Part shown: piece by piece, positions 13,935-26,690 of the stretch | Layout: each line of letters begins with the position of its first letter | Numbering within the stretch: position 1 is the stretch's first letter | Assembly: GCA_951406725.2 (NCBI GenBank) | Contig: OX597821.1 | Location: forward strand, 40,486,001 to 40,550,000 | Direction: 5' to 3' | Length of the DNA: 64,000 nucleotides | From: Octopus vulgaris | Lineage: Eukaryota | Translations under genes and position numbers: made by a program | The notes under the pieces: generated by a model | Databases searched by the model: none | What the model was told of the DNA's origin: nothing | What the model saw: the letters and a program-made list of their open reading frames with translations, nothing else

Positions 13935-14061
13935 TCTATATAGATAGATGAATAGATTAATAGAAAGAGAGAGAGAGAGAGAGATGTAAAGAATCATACT
14001 ACAGCTGTTTTTACTGAAGGTCAGATGTAATACTTAGCATTATCTTTGGTCAAAAAGGGTA

Positions 14062-14278
14062 TACTCTTTTACTCTTTTACTTGTTTCAGTCATGTGACTA
14101 TGGCCATGCTGGAGCACAACCTTTAGTCAAGCAAATCGACCCCAGGACTAATTCTTTGCAAGCCTAGTACTTATTCTATCGGACTCTTTTGCCGAAGCGC
14201 TAAGTTACAGGGACGTAAACACACCAGCATTGGTTGTTGATCGATGTTGGGGGGACAAACACAGATACACAAACATAT

Positions 14279-14324
<46 letters not shown>

Positions 14325-14487
14325 GACGGGCTTCTTTCAGTTTCCATCTACCAAATCCACTCACAAGGCTTTGGTTGGTCCGAGGCTATAATAGAAGACA
14401 CTTGTCCAAGGTGCCACGCAGTGGGGCTGAACCCAGAAGCATATGGTTCGTAAGCAAGCTACTTACCACACAGCAACTCCTATGCCT
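14062..14487 (-). mobile_element. Full-length SINE family A
   Basis: Head AGGCATAGGAGTTGCTGTGTGGTAAG...GGGTTCAGCCCC (A/B-box-like), internal (TA)n and (GTAAAAGA)-like tail. Confidence 0.88.
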
Positions 14488-14502
14488 ATGTATAGTATTC
14501 TT

Positions 14503-14925
14503 TTTACATTTATTTATTTGAGTCATTAGAATGTGGCCATGCTGGGGCACCACCTTGGGAGAATTTTTAGTCAAATGGTTCAGTCCCAGTATTTATTCTT
14601 TTTAAAACTTGGTACTTATTCTATCTGTCTCTTTAACCAAGTTGGTATGTTACAGCGATGTAAACACACCAGCACCGGTTATAAAGCAGTGGTGGGGGAC
14701 AAACACAGACACAAACACACACACACATACACACACACACACACACACACATACACACACACACATATATACACAACAGGCTTCTTTCAGTTTACCAAAT
14801 CCATTCACAAGGCTTTGGTCAGTTCGAGGCTATAGCAGAATTCACTTGCCCAAGATGCCAAGCAGTGGAACTGAACGCAGAACCACGTGGTTGGGAAGCA
14901 AGCTTCTTACCACACAGCCATGCAT
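14503..14925 (-). mobile_element. SINE family A (adjacent, older copy)
   Basis: Same architecture as 14062-14487, with internal (CA)n. Confidence 0.8.
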
Positions 14926-14956
14926 GCATCTATCATAGTATAATTATTTGTGTATA

Positions 14957-15090
<134 letters not shown>

Positions 15091-15593
15091 TAAATGGATG
15101 CTTTAACTCCTTGAAATAAAATCTTTTCAATTTTGATTCAAAGTGAACCCCTATCTGATCAAATAAACAGAATATTTTCCAAAGATCTAAAGTTTATTAT
15201 ATTTATTCTTCAACAATCTGTTGTTTCTATAATCAATAACTCGGTCACTGACAGAAGAAATAAAAGCAAATTGATATCATAAGGTTTTGATAATTAAATG
15301 TAATGCTATGGCATAATGGTGCGAGACAAAGGATACCTTGGGGTGCCTCAGTATAATAGAGCAACACATTGGGCACCTCAGAGTGTCACAGATATATTAA
15401 AAAAATATTATTTAAGGTTTCAGAAAAGAAAATGTTTAATGATTGTTTAAATATCTCAAACAATGTATTATTCATAATTTTATTATTATACACAGGTATA
15501 ACAATAAACAGGTGTTATTAATAGACCAAGCGAAACAATAGCTTTCACTGTTTTCTATGTTTTAGGCTTTGAAACATAGTTTTTGTTCATTTT

Positions 15594-15995
15594 GTGGTAA
15601 GAAGTTTGCTTTCCATCCATGTGGCTTTGGGTTCAATCCCATTGTGTAGCACTTTGGGCAAGAGTATTCCACATAGTCTCAAGCTGACCAAAGCCTTTTA
15701 TGAGTGGATTTGGGAGCTGGAAATTGTAAAGAAGTCTATCATATATATATGTGCGTGTGTGTGTGTGTTTGCCCTCACCACCACCACCTCTTGACAAATG
15801 GTGTTCGTTATTTTACATCTCTATAACTTCACAGTTCAGCACAAAAGACCGATAGAATAATTACCAGGCTTTGGGGTCAATTCAAAAGACCGATAGAATA
15901 ATTACCAGGCTTTGGGGTCAATTCATTCAGTTAAACCCTTCAAGACAGTGCCCCAGCATGGCCACAATTTACTGGATAAAACAAGTAAATGATAA
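15594..15995 (+). mobile_element. SINE family A with internal perfect 41-bp tandem duplication (15842-15923)
   Basis: CAAAAGACCGATAGAATAATTACCAGGCTTTGGGGTCAATT occurs twice in tandem. Confidence 0.75.
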
Positions 15996-16744
15996 AAAAT
16001 AAAACATGCACAATTCTCCTGTATTTTTTAGCTTTCCATGTAAAGTGCATCATTAATTTTGAATTCATGGGGTGCATTGCAGAACAGTGAGAATTGAAAC
16101 AGCCATCATATATTCAGGCTCAAATTTACCCAAATGTATAAAGATATATTTTTGAAGCAGTTTTTAGCTTTCTGTCCAAAATTCACCAAAAATCTTTAAA
16201 ATACATTGTAAATGTTTCTTACAATCTCAGTTCACAGTTCTGTGTTGCCAAGACAGAGAACATCTATCATAAATTAATAAAGATCCCTTCTGTAAATTGT
16301 GTAATTAGTGAGTAATCAGTGAATAATTAACATGTCATGCTTTTGTTTAGCCTTAAGTCAATTTTGATTGATTAGTTATTACAACAATAACACCTGTCTC
16401 TTTAGAAGTAGGTCTGTCTAAGACTACATTTTATGTCACTATTTATATCATATGAACGATGTTGATACGATTTTACTGTACATAAGATGGTAGGATTCAG
16501 TTTAAAGGAAGTTCAGCTGTTGCTTCTTGGAGATCAGTAACAGTAGGTGTTGCCCATTCAAAGAACTAGGCCAACACAACAAGTGTAAGGAAATACAAAT
16601 GCACTCAACCTGACAAACTCTTTGTCTAAGCTCTGGTCAAGTGGTCATTTTAGTATTGCAATTGTTAAGTGTTTTGAGCAAAATCACAAGGATGGAAATA
16701 GACATGAAATTCTTATAGATAAAATATATTTCTGCAAATATTCC

Positions 16745-16850
16745 GTGTTTAGTCCCATTGCCTGGCACCTTGGGTAAGTGTCTTCTACTATAGCCTCCGA
16801 CTGACTAAAGCCTTGTGAGAGTATTTGGTAGACGGAAACTATATATATAC

Positions 16851-16917
<67 letters not shown>

Positions 16918-17054
16918 CATATATATATATATATTGGCCTGCTTGCTTAGCCAGCGGGGTGGCGTCATTTGAAGGCTAAAAACAATGTGAAGCGCATTGT
17001 GACCAGCGATGTGTAGCAACATCTGATAGCCTGGTTGGTCACGTGATCACATGA

Positions 17055-17091
<37 letters not shown>

Positions 17092-17310
17092 GTATGTGTG
17101 TGTATATGTCTGTGTTTATCCCTCCACCATTGCTTGACACCCGATGCTGGTGTGTTTACGTCCCTGTAATCTAGCAGTTCGCCAAAAGATACTGATAGAA
17201 TAAGTACTAGGCTTACAAAGAATAAGTTTTAGGGTCAATTTGCTTAATTAAAGGCAGTGCCCCGGCACGGCCGCAGTCAAATAACTGAAACAAATGAAAA
17301 AGAATAAAAG
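16745..17310 (+). mobile_element. SINE family A interrupted by a nested element in its (TA)n tract
   Basis: Family A 5' half 16745-16840, nested insert 16934-17054, 3' half ~17100-17310. Confidence 0.8.
16934..17054. mobile_element. Unclassified element fragment embedded in (TA)n; related copy at 33735-33815 in opposite orientation
   Basis: CATTGTGACCAGCGATGTGTAGCAACATCTGATAGCCTGG resembles the reverse complement of 33735-33800 (CATTGTGATCAGTGGTGTACAATACCATCTGATAGTCTGA). Both copies abut (TA)n. Confidence 0.6.
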
Positions 17311-17889
17311 AATAAGAATATTAATAAACATGTAATACCTTTACCAATTCCATTAATAAACTGAAGTCTGTCCACATTAAACCAAAACAAACAAAAAAAA
17401 TAGTGTTGGCTTTGCCCCCAAATTATTTGTAACTCATAAGCCAAATGCATAAAAATACAATCACAGATTTTATTCATGCACGTTAACATTTCAACCAAGA
17501 TTATTGTCTTAAAGCAACATCTTCCATGGAATATGGTGAAGAAATTATAAAGAATTTCCTTGAAACAAGATTACAACAGAAGGCTGTTCTGAGTTCCCGT
17601 AAAAGCTGTAATAGTCACAATAACAGTTGCAATAGTTATAGTAATAGCAATCACATAATAACTGTCTCTCCTGAATCTAACTCAAATTAAATAATGTTAC
17701 ACAGCAACCACTAGAATTAGAATCGGTTCAGAGGAATGCTGATCACTAGAATTCACATCCAACAAGTTTTACTAGCCTGGTATCAGAATCACTTCAAGTT
17801 GATCAATCTAATTGGAATTATTCGCTTCATCTATCTGCTATTAGGATGAATTACTCAAGTATTTTCATGCTGTTAAGATTTATAAACAA

Positions 17890-18200
17890 CAGGACTGTCC
17901 AGTCAAGGAAGCTGTTTGTCATTCCTGTGAAAACATAGAATCACAACTCAAAAACATAGCAAAGTAACAACCACAACAACAACAGCAACAACAATAATAA
18001 GTCATTAAGTGCCATTTTTGCAGCATTGGCAGCTATTGTTCAAATTTTACTTTACAGTCAATTGTTTACATTTACAAGGAATAATAAAAATGTTGAAGCT
18101 TTAATTGGTTCCGGAAGAAGAGAAGATTTATTTGCACCTCTCTTGTCATCAATGTGAATTTGCCTATTAAGTCTACTTCTCTAATTATTATGGTTTCTTT
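17890..18200 (+). mobile_element. Ty3/Gypsy LTR-retrotransposon relic (gag zinc knuckle plus aspartic protease)
   Basis: QDCPVKEAVCHSCENI (cf. CPAK.A.C..C.K.GH) at 17890, followed by NKNVEALIGSGRREDLF (cf. ALIDSGS..NFI) at ~18083, in gag-pro order. Confidence 0.6.
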
Positions 18201-20316
18201 AACACACAACAAAGTAATTAGAGGTTTGAAAGCAATTAGATGTTGTTCTTAATGACAATATTTATACAATAATTTTCTGTGATTACAGAAGTATTTCCTT
18301 CCTGAATGTCTTGTCATAACCGGGAAGTCTGACATGAAACTTCTTTTTCTGACTTCCATGTAATGTAGAATTTATTGGCAAAATAAATTTTGCATTATAG
18401 AATTCCATGTTACAGTGAGATTTACAAAATCATAATGCTTCCATAAGGTCTGTAAAAAGATCAAATTTGCAGCAATGGAATATTTTTGTGACATTTTGTT
18501 ATTTTATGTCTCTTCATAAACACGTGTACTTCTCTAATTGGCATAATTATTGCCATGTTTTATGTTTGCTCATTTGAGTTGAATCAACACATATTTGGGA
18601 GTAAGGTTCATATAGAAAAGTCAAAAGCACCACATCCTGCTTGAGTTTCATTTGCTTCTAAGACTGAATGCCCTTCTTAACAACAACAAGAACCTCTTTA
18701 CAGGATTATCAGATACATTTTATTATATTATTAGTTCTAGAGAGATGTTATGCCACTTCAGAAGAGTAAAAGATCTTCATACTCTTACATTTTACATTTA
18801 TTAAATGTTTTTTTTTCTTTAGTAAATTTTAAAAATTTCTTAAGGTTTTCAGTAAAAGTTGTAAAGCTGTCCTGCTTTTAATCAATTTTATTCTGAAAAA
18901 GATTATTTGGTTTTTGGAAGTTAATCATTTTATTGAAACTGTGGTTGATGTTCTTAAATTTTAGTTGCGAAAAATCCTAATAAGCTAAGAATGGTGTTAA
19001 GTTTATTGATAAACTCTTAACCAACTGCTTGTTTTGGATACTTATCTCTTGCTTTTAATTTCAATATTGGTAAAGAATATCACAGAATTCTCCACCACCC
19101 TCTCCTCTTACCAACTTCATTCTTCCACCTACATTCATCACACACTTTCACTTCTCCTTCAGTTATAGGGGTTTCTTTGAGCTCTTAGCCTTGCTTGCAA
19201 GTTATGAAGCAATTCTTGCTAGAACAGGTGCCATTAAAAAGAAAGGGGTGTTCAATCCACTCTGTAAAGTGGTTGGCATTAAAAAAGTCATCCAGTCACA
19301 GAAACCATGCCTAAGCAGACACTGGAACCCCAAACAGCCCTCTGATGTGCTGGATCTTGTTGAAATTATCCAACCCATGCACTCAAAATGACAGGTGTTA
19401 AATCATGATGATGATGATGATCCTTGTCAGCACAATGATGATGATAATAATGACCTCTTCATGTTACTTTTTACAGCATTTATCAAAGCCTCCTCTAAAG
19501 AAGCAATTATCAATCTGAGATCAGTTTTATTTGACCTAAATTTTATCAGTTAATCAGGCTGGATTCAAACAAAATAGGGCTGCAGAACTTTGCTGCTGGC
19601 AACCATAATGAAGGACTACAATGCACTCAAAAACGGTCTCCACTTTGGATTTTAATGATTCCCTCCATAAGTTCTGATTCATACATATTTGATAATCCCG
19701 TTTATGAGGAGAGCAATTTAGACACTAAGTGCCCCCATTAGAGTGCCTATATACGGATACACACACATATATGTATATAAGATATACATATGTATGTGCA
19801 TGTATATATATATATATATACACACACACATGCACAAATAGTTAAGTGCATGTGTATAATGATATTGATGTGTATGTACGTGTAAAGCTATGACGTTAAA
19901 ATTTATCATGCCCCCATTGTTGTTATACACACACATGTACATATTTATGCACACTGACAAACACATGCACATGCATGCACACACATATTCACACATTACG
20001 CATACACATACATACACACAGTCATTTCAAGACGACATTCTTTGAAGAAAAACTTCTAACGTGAAAGTGAGAGTAACAAATACATTGTAGTGAATTTTCC
20101 AATTTCTTCACTGGACTAAATCATTAGAAATATTACCTTCTTTTAGAAATCTACAGAATCAAACAGATTTACACACACACACACACACACACACACGCGC
20201 GCGCACACACACGCACACACACAAATCTTCCATATTTTTCACATGCTTCTTACTCAACTTTTCGTGTTTCTTTTCTCATTCAATTTTTTTTAGTTATTTG
20301 TTGTGATATGTGGTTT

Positions 20317-20371
20317 GTGTCTGATGAATATGTCTGAGATATTTCTCAACATATAGAACTATTAGTAGCAC
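20317..20371 (+). ncRNA. Type I hammerhead ribozyme-like motif, GAAA box altered to AGAA
   Basis: GTGT-CTGATGA-ATATGT(C)TGAGA-TATT-TCTCA-ACATAT-AGAA-CTATTAG-TA-GCAC: stems I, II (11 bp) and III all pair. Confidence 0.6.
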
Positions 20372-20537
20372 TTTAATTCATGTATTGTGTCCTTAAAATA
20401 ATAATACCTATCTCTCACCAGATGGAATACTTTTTTAGTTGATCTTACCATCACAGAAAAGTACACTTTATGAGTGTGTGTGTGTGTGAGCAATACAGAT
20501 ATATAAATAGATAGATAAGAGAGAGGGAGAGAGAGAC

Positions 20538-20572
<35 letters not shown>

Positions 20573-20573
<1 letters not shown>

Positions 20574-20714
20574 TTTATTTAAAGCAGCAGAAAATTCAAC
20601 AAAACCTGTTACTCTGAGTTTCCCGTTTCCGTTCGTCGGACAGTTTTTGCTAGAACGGAAACGGGAAACTCAGAGTAACAGGTCTTGTTGAATTTTCTGC
20701 TGCTTTAAATAAAG
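20573..20714. repeat. Near-perfect inverted repeat, 62-bp arms (1 mismatch), 18-nt spacer
   Basis: 20573-20634 is the reverse complement of 20653-20714 except at one position. The element extends to ~20785 and is flanked by (TA)n on both sides. Confidence 0.95.
20601..20648 (-). ncRNA. Type I hammerhead ribozyme-like motif with U4C core (CCGACGA)
   Basis: AAAAA-CTGT-CCGACGA-ACG-GAAA-CGG-GAAA-CTCAGAG-TA-ACAG-GTTTT: stem I CTGT/ACAG, short GNRA-capped stem II, stem III ACTC-A-GAGT and a GUA cleavage triplet. Confidence 0.6.
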
Positions 20715-20900
20715 CATATTACTCTACCACTGGTATTTGAGTACTCTTTTTTCCACCTTGTTTCACATTTATGTGTTTACTCCGGTATATATATATATAT
20801 ATATATACAAAAAATGTATATATATGTATGTATGTATATATATGCATATAGTTATATATAAATATGTATATATGTATATCTCTCTTTCTTTATCTATCTG

Positions 20901-21001
<101 letters not shown>

Positions 21002-22493
21002 TATATAAATAATTTTTTTACATTAGGTTTATATATATATATAAATCTAATGTAATAAAATAATACTAGGGAGTTATACTCCCTAATGGCTGCAGTCTAA
21101 TGACTAAAACAAGTAAAAGACTAAGGATAACCATTACATTATATACACACGTAAAATTAAACTGGAGCTGCATGAAATGGAGTACCTTGCTCAAGGATGG
21201 AACATGTAGACTGAGCCAGGAATTGAACATTTGATCTTATGATCACTAGTCCAACATCTTAACCCCTGGTCCACATGCCTTTGCACACACACATGCACAC
21301 ACACATACGTACCTATATACACAGATGTTTATGTGTATGTGTGTGTGTGTGTGTGTATATGTGTGCATATGTACATGTGGTGCACATTTACTGCTGTGTT
21401 AAAAGTGGTATGAACTAAAACTATTATAAATTATCTTGTTCTACATCCAAACCTTAAGGGCATAGATACAAAGCAATCTTATATTACAGAAATGTGTGTG
21501 TGCGTGTGCATTTGCGTGTGTGTGTGTGTGTGTATAAACTTAATGGGAACTGAGAATTAGTTTCATATAACATGTGGCGGGAATGTCTAAAGATAATTAT
21601 CCATCAGAATATTAGCCTCCCATTCAAATTGATGCTATTTACATTACTTCAATCCCACAGGCAGTTTCAATGAGATAATTTGACCTGTATTTTGCTGAAC
21701 GCTTTCCTTCAATGAGGAAATCTATAATGCTCAGCTATAAATGGTAAAATTTCAACAGTGGAATCTTTAAATAGCATAAATACCTGATGTGTATTAGTAA
21801 AATAATCCTGATCATGTAATTGTCTTTCACTCAACATTATGTATTGATTTCTTCATTTGGTAAAGGTCTGGGAATTGTGAAGATTGAGAATTGTCGTTGC
21901 CTGATGTTTAGGAATTGCTCAAGGTCAATGGTTCTCAAAGAGTAAGGTGAGGGCATATTGGCTACCAATGGTTTCATTGTTTACTTTTGGATCCTTGTTC
22001 AATGGTCTCCCTGGAAATAACCTAAACATTATGATATTCTAGTTTATAAATTTGGGCTCCTGTGTTATTAGCAATATCTTGCGACTATAATTATGTTACA
22101 GTGTTAGCATAACTCTGAGAGCCCAGTCTTCAAATACCATTTCAAAGAAAGAATACAATGGTGTGATTTCTTCATTTTGGTCTTTTAGCTTATATGACAA
22201 CCAGAAGTAAGAATTACAGGTAGCTTGGTGAATTTGGCAAAGGACATCTAAGTATTATTATCTCAGACACAACTCAGTAAAGTAAAGTAAAGATGGTGAG
22301 GTGTAAACTCATTTTTATGAATTATGCCTATTTATATGTATGTACAAATGCTTGTAGATGCAGAGGGTAATACATACAATCTGGAGCCCAAGCTAAGATT
22401 TCCAGAAAAAGAAGTCAACCAACCAACTCACACATTATAAATACAATTTGTAAGTGGAACAGTAAAAATATGCAAGACTTTTCTCAAGTTTAA

Positions 22494-22693
22494 AATGTGA
22501 TATTGTTTTGGTTATCTACATTCCAACGATGGAGCTTTGTATCTTTGTTAGGAAACAGCTCCTTCCACAGAGGAAGAATTCAAATAATTAAAAACAGAAG
22601 AGAACATACGTACATATATATATACACACACAATTTCAATATCAGGGTATTTTTTTGCTTGTATGTATGTATGTGAGTATGTATGTATGTATG

Positions 22694-22724
<31 letters not shown>

Positions 22725-22876
22725 CTTTGGGTGTGTGTGTGTGTGTATATATATATGTACGTATGTTCTCTTCTGTTTTTAATTATTTGAATTCTTCCTC
22801 TATGGAAGGAGCTGTTTCCTAACAAAGATACAAAGCTCCATCGTTGGAATGTAGATAACCAAAACAATATCACATT
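22494..22876. repeat. Inverted repeat, 139-bp arms (1 mismatch), 105-nt spacer; part of an interspersed family also at ~42125-42300 and ~42950-43125
   Basis: 22494-22632 is the reverse complement of 22738-22876. The left arm extends upstream (CACATTATAAATACAATTTGTAAG...) matching the two direct copies near 42-43 kb. Confidence 0.93.
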
Positions 22877-23500
22877 GGCAAGAAATCTTGAAATAAACTG
22901 AGTAATGACATACATACGTACATACATATGTACATACATACATACATACATACATACATACATACATACATACATACATACATACATACATACATACATA
23001 CATACATACATAAATGAAAAACAGATGCCATAATCTTCTCAATCACATGGAATAATAAATAATGGTAAATCTTCTTCAAAGTGGTTGCAAAAGTGCAATC
23101 TAGGAATGCTGAATTCCTATAAATATGAAAGAAATTTTTTAAAGCCATTTTTTTCTATTATTAATGAAGTTTAATGATTTCAGATATTTGACAACAGTTA
23201 TTAGAATGTCAAACATTCTTAGCTCCTATTGAAACAAATTATCTCTTTTGACTATAAACTACATGTTCTATGCCATCACTTCAAACTCCTTCTCTGTATT
23301 TATTCCTTCCTCTGTATTTATCACACTTTGTTTTTCCTTTCCCACATTCTTCCTCTTTTCTCTTTCCTTCTTTATGTCTCCAATTTTTTGACTAGAGGCA
23401 GTTTGTAAGAATTCTCTATCATCTACATACATAAGACCACTGAGATCTACTATTTCCCTCAATATGGGACATGTTATTACTTGTGTCTCTTACCAGACTT

Positions 23501-23545
23501 CACACTTCTGAAGATGGTCAGAGGTGTGGTCGAAAGCTTACGTTA
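23501..23545 (+). ncRNA. Minimal type I hammerhead ribozyme-like motif
   Basis: ACTT-CTGAAGA-T-GGTCA-GAGGTG-TGGTC-GAAA-GC-TT-ACGT: intact core boxes, 5-bp stem II with two G-U pairs and palindromic stem III (AGCT). Confidence 0.55.
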
Positions 23546-23839
23546 ATGTCCTCTCTTGTTAATGTGGGAACAATAATGAATTCATGTTCTGTACCAATCA
23601 ATGGAAATGTTAAAGAATTCAAGCAACTCAATGATTAATTGACATTAATTAATGCTATCCTTTATCCATTAATAATGTATGAATTTATGAATTTATGAAT
23701 ATATGAAGCACAAATGCTACAAGAATGTTCAATGTTCTGTATCTACATACATATATATGTACACATATATGCATATATATGTACATACACGCATACACAT
23801 ATATGTGTGTGTATGTGTGTGTGTGTGTGTGTATGTGTG

Positions 23840-24252
23840 TGTGTGTGAATGGTATGTGTGTGTGTGTATTTATTTATATACATGTGCTTATATATGTTTA
23901 TATTATATATATATATGAATATACATATATGCACACATAGATATATACATATATATATGTATATATTCCTACACAAGAATATACATATATATATACACAC
24001 ACATACATATACATATGTGTGTTTGTGCATGCATGTTTGTGTGTATGTGTTTGTGTGTGAATGGTGTGTGTGTGTATTTATTTATATATAAGCGCTTATA
24101 TATGTTTATATTATATATATTTATAGGAATATATATATATGCACACATAGATACATACATATATATATGTATATATACCCACACAAAAATATACATATGT
24201 ATATATACACATATATATAGACATATATATACACACACATATACATATGTGC
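23840..24252. repeat. ~212-bp tandem duplication of compound microsatellite DNA
   Basis: GAATGG..GTATTTATTTATATA..GCTTATATATGTTTATATT..GCACACATAGATA repeats from 23847 and 24059. Confidence 0.8.
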
Positions 24253-24793
24253 GTTAGTGTGAGTGTGTTTGTGTGTGTGTGCGCGTGCACACGCGCGCGC
24301 GCGTGTGTGTGTGTGTGTGTGTGTGTCTGTGTGTATACACATAGGCTAGCAGCTTCGACTTACAGCTGATTTACCCTGAATATCAAATGTTGTTACGATA
24401 TTTATACCTAATCTATAATTATTTCGTCATAACACTACTCTTCTAAAAGAACCTCAAACTTCTGACTCCTACCATCACTGTTTCATTCTGCAAGAACACT
24501 GCTAGCACCATCTTGAATTTACTTGGACACAGTAAATATTAATGCGTACAGTGTAATTTACATTATAAAGCCCTGTTTGGTATAACACCATATATGTCTA
24601 TAAACAACTCTTTTGATTCAAAATCAGTAGCTGTTTCCCACAAATTATATATGAGTTTCAGCAGGTGTCGGAAGGGAAGCAGTAAATTGAATTAGTCACC
24701 TGTTGCTTGACTTCCTTTCTCTAAACTGATGTTCTTTTACTGTATTCTCTCTCTCTCTCTCTTGATATATATACATGTGTATATATATATACA

Positions 24794-24874
<81 letters not shown>

Positions 24875-25870
24875 CTACCCTTTAAGTTCGTTTATGGGAA
24901 ACGATTTTGAGTACACATATAAAAGCTCCTGTTTTATTATGTCAGCCATGAGACCTAATAATTCCAGCTTGCAACAGCAGTTTAATGCAGTCGTATCGAG
25001 TTGTGCCAACATAATGTAAGATAAACATAGTAATAATGATAATAATAATAATCCATAGATGGAATTTAGAAATAAGTTAATGTATCATTACGCATGTTTC
25101 CACAAATCCCATGATTTTTGTGACCACTGGTGCAACCAGAGACGCCATAAAAAGTCGTCTATGAAATCTTTTTATGTCATTTTCCAAAGAAAACAAAGTG
25201 ACGTTCCAAAGAAAATGTCACTGCACTTCATTATCTAATGTTACCTGGAGAGTTAAATGGAATGGGGTCAAGCTCACATTAGCACCTTGATCACTGACGC
25301 CACCCTGGAACGTCCCCTGGACCTTGAGGCAGGGATGAGGAACTGAGAAGTGTTGTGGATGAGCTTTGTTGCTGTGGCCTAAGCTGGAACCTGGCAATAG
25401 AAAAAAATGTGTGTGTGTGTGTGTTTACAAAGCTTTGTGTCCTGGATATGACTTTAAGCTCCATCCAGTCATGTGGTCCTGGAGAGCAGAGAGTGAGATG
25501 AGGCAAGTGAGACATCCTGGCCAACCTCTGCACCCATCTCCATCCCCATTCGTCTTGACCTGGTTTTGTAGCTGGATTGAAGATGGTCAGGGACAACTGA
25601 GTGAGGGTCACAGTGCACAGCACTTCTCCACTTCAGGCAAAGTCATTGTGCAAGTCATCAGTCTCCCCAAATGATCGCCAAATGGTTCTCATTGCTCTGA
25701 CAGACAAACATAGATGTATTGAAGTTTACCATTGGGTAATCTCAAGGATTTTAGGTGTCATGACATTTGCAAATGGAGGAGTGAGTGGACAAAGCCATTT
25801 CAAGTATTTTTAAACTCACCTTTACAATCAGTAATCCTAAATTTTATTGCTACAAAGAAATTGTATTTAA

Positions 25871-26076
25871 CCTTTTTGTTACCAACCCGGCTGAAACTGG
25901 CTCTGAGTACATATGTCTTGTTTTCATAAGTTTTGAATTAAAATCTTCCACCAAAGCTTAGTCACAGTTTATGTTCATAACACTAGCTGAATGATAACTA
26001 AGTTATTTTGCTAAATTCTTTGTTATATTTCAAGTAATTGAAGGAAACAGAGAGCATCTCAACAGAAATATGGTAC
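25871..26076. mobile_element. piggyBac-type MITE, right end damaged
   Basis: Left end TTAA-CCTTTTTGTTACC. The body is clearly homologous to 45028-45251. Confidence 0.7.
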
Positions 26077-26274
26077 ATTAATTAATGCTGCATTGGCAGG
26101 GTCTATTTTTCATATTAAAAGTCTACTCCAAGGCATACCCAAAGATTTTAGCAGTCTTTCTATTAGCAAAGTGAATAAAATTTGCAAGGAACATAACATA
26201 GACATAAACGTCTGTTATGTTTATACAGTTTCACATGAACATAGAAATATATTCGAATACATATATATTAAATC

Positions 26275-26690
26275 GTAATGGTGGTTGATGCCAGGGTAGC
26301 CTGACTGGCAGCTGTGCCAGTGGCACATAAAAAGTGCCATTCAAGTGTGGCTGATGCCAGTACTGCCTGACTGGCAGTCATGCTTGTGGCATGTAAAAAG
26401 CACCATTCAAGCATGTCCAATGCCAGTGCCGCCAGACTGGTACCCATGCTGGTGGCATGTAAAAAGAACAATTCAAGCATGACTGATGCCAGTTCTGCCT
26501 GACTGGCTCCTGTGCCAGTGGAACATAAAAAGCACTGGCTACATTCTTTGAGTGGTTGGCATCAGGAAGGGTATCCAGCTGTAGAAACCTTGCCAGATCA
26601 GATTGGAACCTGGTGCAGCCTCCTTGCTTGTCAGTCCTCTGTCAAACCGTCCAACCCATGCCAGCATGGAAAGCAGATATCAAATGATAT
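26275..26690 (+). mobile_element. Family C copy with ~4 diverged ~62-bp internal repeats
   Basis: Repeated GATGCCAGT..GCCTGACTGGC..GTGGCA..TAAAAAG units followed by the family C 3' end. Confidence 0.8.

Noticed and set aside
24270-24326. Z-DNA-prone (GT)/(GC) tract
   Set aside because: It is real but unremarkable given the window-wide abundance of alternating purine-pyrimidine repeats.
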